Below, piece after piece: positions 51,496 to 64,000 of a stretch of DNA of 64,000 nucleotides. This DNA is from Mytilus edulis (Eukaryota): positions 99,076,001 through 99,140,000 of the forward strand of contig NC_092347.1 in assembly GCF_963676685.1 (NCBI RefSeq), given 5' to 3'. Position numbers and translations under genes: made by a program. Position 1 is the first letter of the stretch. The number at the start of each line of letters is the position of its first letter. The notes under the pieces were generated by a model. The model saw only the letters and a program-made list of their open reading frames with translations, was not told the origin of the DNA and ran no database searches.

Positions 51496-52125
51496 ATAAA
51501 GGCAACAGTAGTATACCGCTGTTCATTCTCATAAATCCATTGACAAAAAACAAAATCGGGGTAACAAACTAAAACTGTGGGAAACGCATTAAATATAAGA
51601 GGAGAACAACGACACAATATTAAAATGTAACACACACAGAAACGGACTAAGCATTAGACAAAATCCTATGAGAATAACAAATATAACATCAAAACCAAAT
51701 ACATGAATTTGGGATAGATAAGTACCGTGACACGTCTTATAGTAATGTGAATTCACACTCAAAAATAAGAGAAAACAAACGACACAACGGAAACACAACA
51801 TTAAAATGTTACACACACAGAATCGAACTATAATATAACAATGGCCATATTCCTGACTTGGTACAGGACATTTTTAAAGGACAAAATGGTGGGTTGAACC
51901 TGGTTTTGTGGCATGTCAAACCTCCCTCTGTTATGGCCATGTGAAATATAACATTAAAATGACAACACAACATTACAGGACTACAATATAAATAAATAGG
52001 AGAACATAATTGACAAAGAAACACACGAATAAAAGCTAACAAATGGCAACAAGTTTAAAATTTAAATACGCCAGGAGTGCATTTTGTTCACACAGGACTT
52101 ACTAGTGACGTCCAGATAAGTTTGA
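51496..52125 (+). repeat. Long copy of the ATAAAGGCAACAGTAGTATACCGCTG interspersed repeat
   Basis: Reverse-complement match to 15470-16225. Confidence 0.75.
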
Positions 52126-54118
52126 AAGCTTTCTGAGACAACTAGTTTTGAAACAACTAGTCTCTGAGACACCTAGTTCTTGAGATAACTTGACATTGAA
52201 GCACCGAAGTCACAAAACTTTTACAAGCTACTTGTTTGAGGAACTGCGACCATTCTCGTTGGAAAAACCAGTTTAGGACAATTAAATAGCTTGAAACAAT
52301 CATAAAGACTGCTAGACCGCTTGCCTCAAACCCCAAGCTTTCAAAAGGAACTTATTGGTTTGAAAACTTCTCATTAAGACCTTCTTTATTTGCTGGTATT
52401 CTCTTATTGATGCTTAACCATCAACAGCCAAAAAACCAATGAACGTACTTGCCAATATATTGGTGTTTTTATATACTTATAGCGCGGAACTCAAGGAGAG
52501 CAACCCCTATTAACAACGACTTTCATAGCAACCAGTGATAAAGGGATGATTATCATTAAAGTTTTTTTTACTGATTTATTCAAACGAGTGAATTATAATG
52601 AATTAAAATTAAACAATGATAATGGCATATGCTTAAACTACATTTTTCTCACACATCTTCTTATATCTAATAACCCTATTCTATCAATATGTGTGCTAAA
52701 GTTCAACATGGACCTCTCATTAGCTGGCAAATGTAACAGACTTATTGTATTTGTTGTCCGTTTGTCTAAGACCATTTATATCTTTCTTAATTTTTTGTCA
52801 TCTCCCCCTTTTTAATTATTAGCATTTTGACATAGATCCAATATTTTCGTTCAGTGTATGTTTACTTGTTTTTGTTTATATTTCGTTTGATTGAGTAAAC
52901 CCATTTATTGATATCTTATAGTATGTCTTTCTATGTTGTGATAGAACACTATTATTTAAGGTTAGGGAGACAGATGACGCCTGTTAAAACGTTTTAACAT
53001 GCTGCATTTGTTTGCACATGTCCTACGTCAGGTACCAGTTGTTTGTCTGTGGTTGTCCTTTGTTGATCTCTCATTTCTCCTATAGATTATATCATCGATG
53101 TTCTCGTTTGAATGGTTTTACACAAGTAACTTTTGGGTCCTTCATATATTGCTGTGAGATGTGAGCCAATGATTCGTGTTAAAAGGCAATACTTTGACTT
53201 TAAATGGTTTACTTTTACATATCGTTACTTGGATGGATAGTTGTCTCATTGACCCTCATACTACATCTTATATCTTTAACTAGTTAAAATGTCGGAAATT
53301 ATGGTACAGCAGTCAACATTTTGTTTTAATCTTAATCAATATAAAATAACAAGAAAATCAAAATGGCATATAGACACTATATAAACAAATCCCATAAGCA
53401 TAAGCAAAAAGAAAACATGATTTGATCATAGCACAATAACACATGGAAAGTGTGTGAAATACAATTAAGAATCATTTCCGCCTTGAAAAAAAATATTGGT
53501 TAAATAATCGTTTTAGGCCAAGCTTACAGGTGTCTTTTAAAAACGTCAAAAACAGTAATGATAAAAGGAAAAAAAACGGTTATGTATTAGTTTCAAGATT
53601 CATAATCTTAAACAAATTATATGGGGACGAAGTCCCCTATTACAGTAGAATTTCAATAAAAAAAAAAAAATCGGGAAAATTTCCCGAATTTTTCATTGTA
53701 CTAATGAACTCAAAATCGTTCATTTTTTTTTTGTCACGTTTTTTAATTTCCGGATCTGCGCAGAACACATAGCTCTACTTCCTTCTTCCGGTCTTGTTGT
53801 CGTGAGACTTTGATTAGTCTAGTAAAATATAGGAACTCAAGGAACACAATACCAATATATTTCATTTTTAATCATTCTTTGTCTTTGGTATGAATAAACG
53901 TTACCTAATGCATTGCGTTTCTTTGTTTACATTGAACATGACGTCATAACTTAAATAACGTCACAAGTAAAATCCCTAACAACAGAACCAAAATCGGAAA
54001 CGTTACGGTATTTCCGTTTCTTTTTTTAACAAATATTTAAGTTACAAAAATTAATTTAAACAAACTTCTTCCCCATTCACAGGTAATATGCCTGCCTCAT
54101 ATTATTTTGATATTAAGT

Positions 54119-57100
54119 TTATGTAAAATTGGTAAAAATAACGATACATCCAATGGTTAGTATAACAATAAACAATATCAATCCTACTCTGTCAATACAG
54201 ATTGATAGAGTCTGCCACTTTGTAGTGTTATCTAGATCATCTACCTCTTGTTTGTTGTCGTCGTCACGTGCCTACAAAATACAAACACATTGTCATTGAC
54301 AATTTGATACGATATTATTAATTAATTCGTTAATTCAAAAGTAACAGATGAATGATTCAGTTGAAAGACGAAATTATTTTACTGTTAATGTGTATAAGTA
54401 AATTGAAATGCTTATAACAGTGAACCTGAGTATTTTCTCTTGCCCTTTTTTCGTTGATTCTGTTGCATTACACATGCTCGGGACAATTGTTTGAAAATCA
54501 ATACATAAAATAAAAAAACGCTCGAAATTTATCATGATTAATAAACCTCCCAATTTGGAAATTATGTAAATTTTATAACGATTTCTACTTTGTTAGATTT
54601 AAATGTTTTCCAATAGACTTTGCATTACAAGTGAAAAACGCTATTCACAAAAACTTAATGAAATAAGTAATTAATTAATACATAAATTACATACTCTCTG
54701 TGAATGAAAGTGTATTTGATACATAATTCACAACTGCAAAAGTGGAAATAGTTAGCTATTTAATTTTGCTTAGTCTTAAGTTTTATATGTTGTGTCTTGT
54801 GTACGTGGTCTAATGGATGTTCACCCTCTCACACACATCTCTGAAACCCACACCGGAGTTTAAACTTGAATTGATACTTTAGAGGCATCGGTTCGTGAAA
54901 GTTGCCCCTACTTTGACTTTGAGATCAATCTACTGATATCTCTTTGGTTTGTCTGTTCCCACCGAGTGTCTCTCCGAGTACTTTGGCTTCCCCCTACCAT
55001 AACACCCGCCTTTCCAGTATCCTCGCTCTTTGTGTTTGGGTGGGGATTGTCCTTGTGAATATTGTTGTAAATACGTTAGTGACAAATCTCCATTTATCCC
55101 GAATGAAGGTGTACACGGATTCTACTGTACCCTCGCAGTTTTTGAGGGGTGCTCCGAATAACGGAGGAAACTACCAGTTCATACATATATACATACGAAA
55201 GGGGTTATTGTTTGTCTGATCTCCTTTTTTAGCCATAGTGTTGTCCTTTCGATCTATGAATTTAAACGTCCCTCTGGTATCTTTCACTCCTCTTTTAAAT
55301 ATTCGGAATAGTTCTAATTGTTAAAATTTGAAAATTTTCAGATTGCTAAATACTCTGCAACAATTTATTCTCATTGACCACATGATCAGTTTTTAAATTA
55401 TTAGTTTTCCTTGCGTGAACAATTCAAATGAAAAGTTTGTAACCTTTTGTTTCACCAGGTGTGCTCTTGTAAGTGTTATTTTCGCCAATGGTCTTAAAAC
55501 CAGTTTTTGCATCCAGACTGGCATTTTTCTGTCACCACGGTAATATATGTTGATCACAGCTACCTGGACAAAGGTCGTAATGCCAGACAGTATAAAAGTA
55601 AATGTGAAAAACTCTCCTGAAAAAAAAACGTATATATTCACTCTCATCAGTTTGTTGAGATCATAACTGCATTTTCAAAGTTCGTAAGAATATTTCATTA
55701 CAACGATATAGATTGCTTTAAGAGCTATTAACATACACAAGAAATAAGTGGGTGATCAGTAATGTTATGCTTTTAAAACTTCTTTGATTAGTGCGACCAT
55801 TCAAACATGAATCATATACCCTGGTCGTATGTACATATAAAGTATCTAATATACCAGACTTGTATGCCACTGGTTATATCCAGTAAGCGAATCAAAACAC
55901 TTTGGCTCACCCCTTTGTTTATCATAATTTTGATTTGTTATCTTGCATCATATATCACTAAGGAGACAAAAATCTTCAAAACAGAATTATATTGCAACTA
56001 TGCCTTTAATGATCACATTGCAGTATCATATCATTTGCTGCCCTTAAATTGTACAGATGAATTTGACTAAAAAGCAGACTTTGGATATTTTTATTAACAA
56101 ATACACTAACCTAATAATGGCCGAGCTTCATCTGATGGCGGTAATCTGTCAGCAACCAATAGCTGGAAAACTGTCAATGAAAGCATGACTGTAACTTCTA
56201 ATGAAACTTTCTCTCCAGATTCCACCGGAAGTAGAAACCCAAGGGTGGCTAAAAATGTAATGATTAGTGATGGCAATATAATGTTAGCTTCATAAAACCT
56301 TGGCTTTCTTTTCAGGTAAAGGTTGTATGTAAGATCAACAAAGGGGTCTGAGTTTATTGAATATTGTTCTATGTGTTTTACTGCAGGTACTCTAGGTATT
56401 CCCCATTCAACATTTTCTTTCAGTGCGGACAAGTCAGCATGATCATTTTCAAGGTTCATATCCAACAAGTTGCCAGTGTAGATCCAAGATCCGAATTGCA
56501 TTGGACACATTTGCCTATCGAACGGAAAGTTTGTGACATCAACTTGGCACTGAATTTCAGTAACTGTAGGAAAGTTGTAATTGATTGCACCATCGTAACT
56601 TATATTTGCTCTGAACTTTTCCAATCCATAAAATTCCTGTGACACACTAAATGACAAAAACAGTTAATCATATAAATACATTATTTTATTTCAGTCAGCA
56701 TATCGTCTGATTTTTGTTAACCTTTGTCAAGCAAACCCTTTATCAGTTCCCAACGAAAATAAGCAGGAAAAAAGTACATTAAACCTTTAGACATTGTAAA
56801 ATTAACCCTTTAGATAAAAGAGGGACGAAAGATACCAAAGGGACTGTCAAACTCATAAATCTAAAACAAACTGACAACGCCATGGCTAAAAATGAAAAAG
56901 ACAAACAGAAAAACAATAGTACACATGACACAACATAGAAAACTAAAAAACAAACAACACGAACCCCACCAAAAACTAGCGGTGATCTCAGATGCTCCGG
57001 AAGGGTAAGCAGATCCTGCTCCACATGTGGCACCCGTCGTGTTGCTTATGTGATTACAAATCCGGTAAATAGTCCAATTCGGTAATTAGATAAAAGTCGC

Positions 57101-60100
57101 ATAATTTATGTGATTTGCCATTGCACGATGAAACCAAGTTTGAGTTTGAGTATAGATATATGCTTTAGACAAATATACCAAAATCTATATCAATATTTCA
57201 TGCAGATGACGAAGTATTGAGTTGGTCGTTTAATTACACCAGATTATCATGTCAATGGTAGTAATATACCCCTCGTGTAATTAACTGTATATATGCATAG
57301 TTTTTTGTAATAACTGTTCTCTGCAAATATTTATTGCAACGCTATTTTGTATATAATGGGTTTTTTTCTGCTGCTGTCTGTTCTAACCGATTGTTGTCTT
57401 TTTGACACATTCCCCATTTCCATTCTCAATTTTATTGTATTATCTTTCAGGAATGTGACAGTTCTTGTCCATTCGTTCTTGATGCGTTTTGTTATTTGAT
57501 TTTGCCATGTGATTATAGACTTTCCGAATTAATGTTCCTCTGAGTTCAGTATTTTTGTGATTTTACTTTCTATTCTTAAATGTCTCATGATTAAATACAT
57601 ATTCAATTGCTTCATATTTATGATGAATAAAATGTCCGAATGATACACGTTTCAAATTTTAGAATTTAAAATAGCTGTAAGAAATGAATGAATGAAGAGG
57701 TCACTATAAAAGATAAATTAATATTTTTCGAACGTATTACATGTTTTTCTACAAATATTTCGATACTGTTTAGTGTTGCTTAGTCTTTAGTTACTATGTT
57801 GTGTCTTATGTACTACTATTGTCTGTTTGTCTTTTTATTTTTAAGCCATGTCGTTGTCAATTTATTTTTGAGCTATGAGTTAGATTGTTACTCTGGTATC
57901 TTTCCCTCTTCTTTAAGATAATAAAATTATCTTTTAAATCGACAAAGTATGTCCTAACTTTTATAAACTCTACACACTGTATAGCGTGTCATACAAATAT
58001 TAAGATTTATTATTGTTAAACTGGGTTTTTCTAACATGAACTTTTATAACGTTTTACATTATTGTTATTTTTGGTATTCAGCAGACTTGTTATTTAACCG
58101 TCTTAATGGTTTTTTGTAGTTTTGTCTCCATTACCTTTTTGGTTAACTACTACCTAAGATAAACCTTGTTTGTGTATTACGGATGCATACCGAGATACGT
58201 TAACAATGTTAAAGTAAAGGTTAATAAAAAAACAAAACAGTATTCTATAAAGGTTAATCAGCTGTACCTGGTTGGAATGTGTCCGGTGATATCAAGGATA
58301 ACAGCAAGTCCAGAAGCTGCTGAATTCGCTTGATCGATAAAAGGGGCGAGTGAATTTGTCCGGGGTTATCAAGGATGACAGTATCTCTAGAAGCTGTTGA
58401 ATTCGCTTGATCGATAGAAGGGGCGAGTGAATTTGTCCGGGAGTTATCAATGATGACAGCATTTCCAGAAGCTGTAGAATTAGCTTGATCGGTAGAAGGG
58501 GCGAGTGAATTTTTCCGGGGGTTATCAATGATGACAGCATTTCCAGAAGCTGTTAAATTTGCTTGATCGATAAAAGGAGCGAGTGGTCAAAACGTAAAAT
58601 AAAGCTATGAAATCATTCTTATCAAATGAAAGTTGGTATAAAGATGTGTCTATGCCTTGGAATATTTCCCTCCAGAACAATAATATTCACGTCAGAACAA
58701 CATTCAACATATTCAAAGCTTTCTGTTCCATTTCAACTATATCAAAACATTACATCAATATACATAGTTAATCATAATGAGGCAAAAGGGTTTTAAAGTA
58801 AACTCATTACCTATCATATATAGTAATATCCGGTGTCCAAACCTTGTTAAATGGCACAATCAAGTCTGTTATATTATCGTACTCTATTGGATTCCATGTC
58901 AGTAAACAATCAATCCAACGCTATAATAAAACAAATATGTATGTACACCTTGAAGAATGTTGTGTGAGTTATATTCGCTACATGAACTGTATGTACACCT
59001 TGAGGAATGTTGTGTGAGTTATATTCGCTACATGAACTGTATGTACACCTTGAGGAATGTTGTGTTAGTTATATTCGCTACATGGACATTTACTCTGTGC
59101 ATTTTTTTTTTTTTTATTTATTCTAATGCTTTGCTCGGCAAGTGTATTTTTTTTAACAAAATATAGTTTGGTAAATTATAAAATATGGCAGTTGTGTATT
59201 TGTTGTTATCACAATTGTTGTTGTATTAGAATGGTGAGTCTATTGTCAATTCTGAGCTGCAATCGTGGGTCTTTGCGGGCGACCTATTGACCTAACGTCA
59301 TATCTAACTGGGTCACAACATCTGTATGAACGATTTACAAATTTGTAAAGTGGTTTCCTTAAATTTTGTTTTTGCTACAAAGTAACTTGGTGATCCAAGA
59401 CCTGTTTGAAATGTGAAATTGTGACAATAGTTGAAACTTACTTTAATCCATAATACTATATTAGACTTACGAGACGAATCCAAAGATTCAGCTTTATTAT
59501 TTGGTCAGGTTCATTCTGTAAATAGGAAAAAAAGATTTAAATGACCTACTGTTTCTTGGTGCAAGAAAATTGGTACCGTTAATTTTATTATGTTGCACAA
59601 AATCATGAGACTTATAAAAGAATTTTAAATTTCAAACATCAATATAACTGTTGTCAATAATTGAGCATGAATTGGTTAACCTTCCAAAGCACCTGAGACT
59701 TTCCCGTGTTTTTTGTAGTATTCTTGTTGCTCAATCGTTAGTTGTTTGTGCAAGTTTTTGTGGACTATTCATCATCTTTTTTTTTAAATGATTAGGTTTG
59801 GCAATGTCGATGTCCGACTTATTTGTTGATTGTGATGGTTTATAGTCAATTTAAGTAATTAAATATAGAAATATGGATACATTTGTTGTACGATACATGT
59901 ATTATCAAACATTATGGATATGATTTGTCAGGCCTTACCATATCAATTAACTGTCGTATAGCCAAGTCCATTGTTACATTTACTTGTTCATGTCCTTGGC
60001 AGTAAGGTCTAATTGATGGATCATAGTCACTGAATATTGCTGTCGTTAGCTTGATCAGTGTTGACTTACTGCTTAACGAAAGTCCTTTAAAATATGAAAA

Positions 60101-63100
60101 AATTATCAGTTTGACAATCATAATATAATAAATTCAATCATAAAAGAGACTTTTTTCAAATATGATTACATGCATCAGTCAACTGCATGTTTTCGTCCTT
60201 GGTCGACCGTATCATTCACAACTCTTTTCAACTCTGTTTTCTTATTGTAAATGAGTAATTTACAGTGTTCTTATTTCCCACGACAATAAAACAAAATAAA
60301 CCCGTACAAGACTTACTGATTTTTTTGTCAGCGGTATAAAAGATGAAAATCTGTTTCGGAAATTTTTTGTTGGTATATATGTTTCTAGGACTTTTTTTGT
60401 AAGATGAACATTGTTTTAGATATCGACCTTTACGCGACGATAAATGAATATTAGTGTAAAAAAACATAAATTAAACCTTGCACTGTACACACTCTCAATG
60501 GAAAGAAAACTCTTATTCACAACTATGACAACTTTTGTGTGGAATAAAATTAAAACTACAACTACTAGTATACGCATAACACAAAACATATTTTCTTCTT
60601 CTGTATATAAATAGGATGATAATGATTAATCAACGCGTCCCCTCGTTGCCAAAACATAATCCACAACTAGTTACTGCATTGTCACAGGAACTGGCGTTTT
60701 TTTTTTCGTGATTTTATTTGAAAACAAACGTACAGAAAAATACAAAATTGTATTCCTACTACAGACTGTTTCAGACGGGTTTTTTTCTCGGTCATTAAGT
60801 TGTTTAAAGTTGCTCAAGACTTTGACAAGTAAGCAGATACAAAAATTGATTTCCGAATTTAGAACACCAACTGATTAGTCATTAACTTTTATCTTTTCTG
60901 TACATTTATCATTTTTCACAAAAAAAAATTTATACGTTATTTTCTACAAGTGTAACGTTCTCGGTAACGTTATTTGAAGTACTGAAAACGAACAGTTAAA
61001 GTTACAGGTTATATGATGCTTTAAAGTATAAATATGATTATTTCATTTTTTAACAATCTTTTAGATAAGGAGACGACCTTTTGATATTTTGAGTGCGTTA
61101 GGGAAGGTGACAGGCGTGTTTATTTTATTCTGTACCTGTACATCTCATCATTGTGTTATTGTTCTATGATATGTTTTGTATTCTTTTCTTTCATTTTTTG
61201 CAAATGTGCTTTGTCTTTATGCCTTTTCGTGTTTATTTCATAAATTTGACGTGACTTTATACCTACAAATACCGTCATTGTATAAATGTGCTATTGTTAA
61301 TGGTTGTATTCGTGTCTTTCGTTTTTGATTATGTAATTTGTCTATATGCGTCTTCATTACATATTTCTTTGTTTTATAGTGATTGAGATTATAACACAAT
61401 GTTGAATGATTAAAGCCTGTATTTTACATTTTTTATCTAGAATGTCTGATTGTTTGTTCACAAATCATTGTCTATATAATTGAATCTATTGTCATTCAAG
61501 CGAGAGGTTTATCTATCTAAAAAAAAACAGGTTAGATTCGCCATTTTCACATAAGAAAACCCTGTACCAAATACTCGTCTGATTTTGTCATTGACTAGGG
61601 ACCTTTTTGAATTTTCCTCTGAGTTATTTTTTTTTTTTTTTTTTTTACTCTTAAGTTTAATATTTAGTGCAATTGTGTGGATATTACTTAATTTTGCAAT
61701 GCAAGATTTGAATTTTGTTTTACGGCATACACTTTAATTAACTTCTTTATATTATATGACAGGAAGAAATATATAACAAGTACACTATTCAGAAGCGACA
61801 TTTAAACAACTAATTTCGATAAAATGCATTTTGCTAGCATATGTTATTTATTGCGGTGACAATTTTTATTCATATAAAAAAAATTTAAATATGTTGCATC
61901 GCGTGGTTTCTTCGAAAATCTACTTATACTATAAAAAGTATATTTCAGTCTTGAAAATAATTGGACGGATTCCTTTCTCATGACGAAACCCTATTAATAC
62001 CTCTTTTTAGATTACGCACCTTAAAAACTATCACCATTGCTGATGTTTACAATGACAAATAAAAAAGGCAAAATCGGAAATAATTTATGCATATTTCAAA
62101 TTGTGTTAAAAAAAATACGGTATAATGGCACAAAGGGGAGATAGTAAAGCTCATAAGTCGAACAAAATCAATAAAACGCATGGTAAAACCGGCAGGAGTC
62201 GAAAATATTAATTAAAAAACACTGCATAGACAACTACATACTGAACAAGAGATGGGTTTTGCATAACCTAGGAGTGGTCAACAATTTAAAGAAAAAGAAT
62301 GTCAACAAAAAAATAATGGTTAACTATTCGGTTGACTGATTCGAACCGCAAAAAATAATTATTTTACTGGTAAAAAAGAAAATAAACATATGTTTAACTT
62401 AGGACATGGAATCAAACAGTCTTATCAAAATTCAATTGTACGTGTTTACTATCTATATATTTTCATATTCACGTTTATATCGAATGACATGACCGTCGAC
62501 AGTTTTCAGAGGTCACATCGATAGTTAATTAGATGACGTCTTGTCCGAAATTCACCCGAAATGCTGATGTATAGTATCCAGTCGATAGTATGTATAGTTT
62601 TATAGTTATCTATCTATATTTCTTTATGATTTAGATATTTAAGAATATAATGTCTTTTTAAAGTGTTATTCTCAAATTAAGGTATTGATAAAGAGGTACG
62701 ATATATATGTAATCATTTAGTTTAAAAAAAAGTTTTTGTTTTACAAAACAAACGATTTCTGGAAGTTTGAAAATCTTTTAATCTTGAAGATGTCGTCTTT
62801 TGAAAATTCTTACAACAAAAGCTGAATTGTGGTTTATAATCAAATGTCAGAATTTATAAGAGCGTCTGAATCAACCACGCACAATTTTAATTTTATTTTA
62901 ACATAAGAAATGTGAATTAGATGTGCAGGAGTCAGAAATGTCATGAAATATTAGAAAATAACCAGTCCATTAAAGAAAAATATTTCATGGCTGGTCTTTA
63001 TAATGAAGATATTCAAATATGAAACACAAAGTTCACGCCTTTTCCAGTTACTCTCAAAATGTTGAAGCTTTGCTGACATTTAAATTCTAATTTACTATAT

Positions 63101-63181
63101 AGATGATAGAATCATAAATACACAAAAACACTTACCAAAAACAGAAATAAAGATAATCATATATCTCGTATTACTTGCCAT
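54119..63181 (-). CDS. Nicotinic acetylcholine receptor-like Cys-loop channel subunit, 402 aa, lacking vicinal Cys (coding exons 63181-63136, 60084-59939, 59515-59471, 58920-58811, 56646-56111, 55616-55444, 54271-54119)
   Basis: Phases join into one ORF of 1209 nt. Signal peptide, YDPSIRP, 45-nt and 110-nt exons typical of nAChR genes, VWTPDITIYDS, Cys-loop CQVDVTNFPFDRQMC, FGSWIY, M2 ESGEKVSL, TM4 WQTLSICIDRVGLILF. Confidence 0.92.
54805..55205 (+). mobile_element. Probable tRNA-derived SINE inserted into a common repeat in the last nAChR intron
   Basis: A-box-like TGGTCTAATGG, B-box-like GGAGTTTAAAC, central TCTCCGAGTACTTTGGCTTCCCC resembling the conserved SINE central motif. The host repeat resumes after ~55205. 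Confidence 0.45.
56818..57085 (+). repeat. Abundant interspersed repeat (AAGAGGGACGAAAGATACC family)
   Basis: Other copies at ~6903-7110, 13628-13875, 31420-31630, 36590-36790, 41940-42120, 50440-50590 and 57770-57910. Its GCTCCGGAAGGGTAAGCA segment also occurs at the end of the Penelope-like relic (~1430-1447). Confidence 0.75.
58281..58585. repeat. 77-bp tandem repeat, about 4 copies, intronic
   Basis: gtccgg.. unit starts at 58281, 58358, 58435 and 58512. Confidence 0.9.
58938..59084. repeat. 50-bp tandem repeat, 3 copies, next to an nAChR splice acceptor
   Basis: tgtatgtacaccttga.gaatgttgtgt unit at 58938, 58988 and 59038. Confidence 0.9.
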
Positions 63182-64000
63182 GTCTACAAACGAATAAAAA
63201 TTTAACAGTTCCGTGCAGGAAGAAATCTATATAATTTTTACAATATTTCCATAGTTCCTCAATAAACGTGAAGAGGAAGTAGTATGAAATGAACGTAATT
63301 TCTATGTACAAGTTTAAATAGATATATGATATCTTTATCTAATCTTAGAGCTAATGCAGAACAAAAGTTAGAAACATCTTTATTTTTTAGTACAATAGAA
63401 AACGAATATGTTACTTTAAGTGCACCTACACGGTTTAAAGTTTCAAAAATTGCCATTAAGATATTTTTGAGCGTATTTTGGCCAAAAATATTTTTATACA
63501 AACAAAACAAATGTTGCAAAAATGGTGAAAAATAAAACCACGGATATCTTCCTACTTTGAAACGTTTTCGGTTCTTATACATCCTTAGCTTTCAAATATT
63601 CGACTTTTATGCGTTCCTGGTGAAGGTTAATTCAGAAAAGCGCATCGGACGCATCAACATTTATAACGTTTTGTTTTGTTTGAACAACACGACAGGTGCC
63701 ACATGTTGGGCAGAATCTGCTTACCCTTCACCTGATATCACCCCCGTTCGTGTTGATGAGTTTTCTGTATTGTGTTTTGCGAATTGTAGCTTGTCTATTT
63801 GTCTTTATCGTTTTTAACTGTTACGGTATTAGTTTTGTTGTTCATTGGTTATCGTTCGCTTATCTGGTTCCACAAATTAGTAGAAAAAAAACATAAAATG
63901 GTATCTATTTAGTAAAGGTGTGGTGCGTCATTCGTAGCTTAATGTATATTTGCACAGTTTAGAAAGGTGCGTTTGGTTTCACGTTATCCATAAAACAAGT

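Noticed and set aside
52130-52480. Possible mitochondrial insertion or coding fragment with short AGACAACTAGT-like repeats
   Set aside because: The minus-strand frame I translated in the invertebrate mitochondrial code has stops and no recognisable protein.
56106-56657. Naming the receptor as an alpha subunit (CHRNA7/9/10)
   Set aside because: Vicinal cysteines are absent and orthology cannot be established without a tree.
56779-57033. Hydrophobic short ORFs such as MPHVEQDLLTLPEHL.. (also 6859, 13548, 36646, 50480)
   Set aside because: They fall within copies of a dispersed repeat; spurious.

Overview
AT-rich, intron-containing animal DNA. The repeat families and gene types point to a bivalve, most likely a Mytilus mussel; this is inferred from the sequence, not looked up. 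The main content is a cluster of six paralogous four-exon genes (A-F, 1 to ~50,130) in strictly alternating orientation (-,+,-,+,-,+). They encode small secreted precursors rich in Gly/Asn/Arg/Ser/Trp, with no Cys outside the signal peptide. Each complete gene has a signal peptide, a furin-type site (RHKR or RSRR) and a 45-48 aa C-terminal peptide. Genes C-F additionally carry 7-9 tandem nonapeptides (L/W)NDG(Q/H)L(T/S/N)GR followed by GKR. I do not recognise this family. Gene E is frameshifted, D and E sit in the arms of a large inverted duplication, and the paralogs look like mosaics of each other. All six share a promoter module. A complete 7-coding-exon nicotinic-receptor-like Cys-loop channel gene lacking the vicinal cysteines lies tail-to-tail with gene F (54,119-63,181, minus strand), and a relic of its last exon lies downstream of gene B. 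The intergenic and intronic DNA holds Penelope-like RT and GIY-YIG relics, retrozyme-like repeats with minimal hammerhead ribozymes, SINE/Helentron-like repeats and minisatellites. It also holds a nested transposon stack in gene B's last intron, whose outer element has perfect 91-bp CAC-ended TIRs and a 5-bp TSD.
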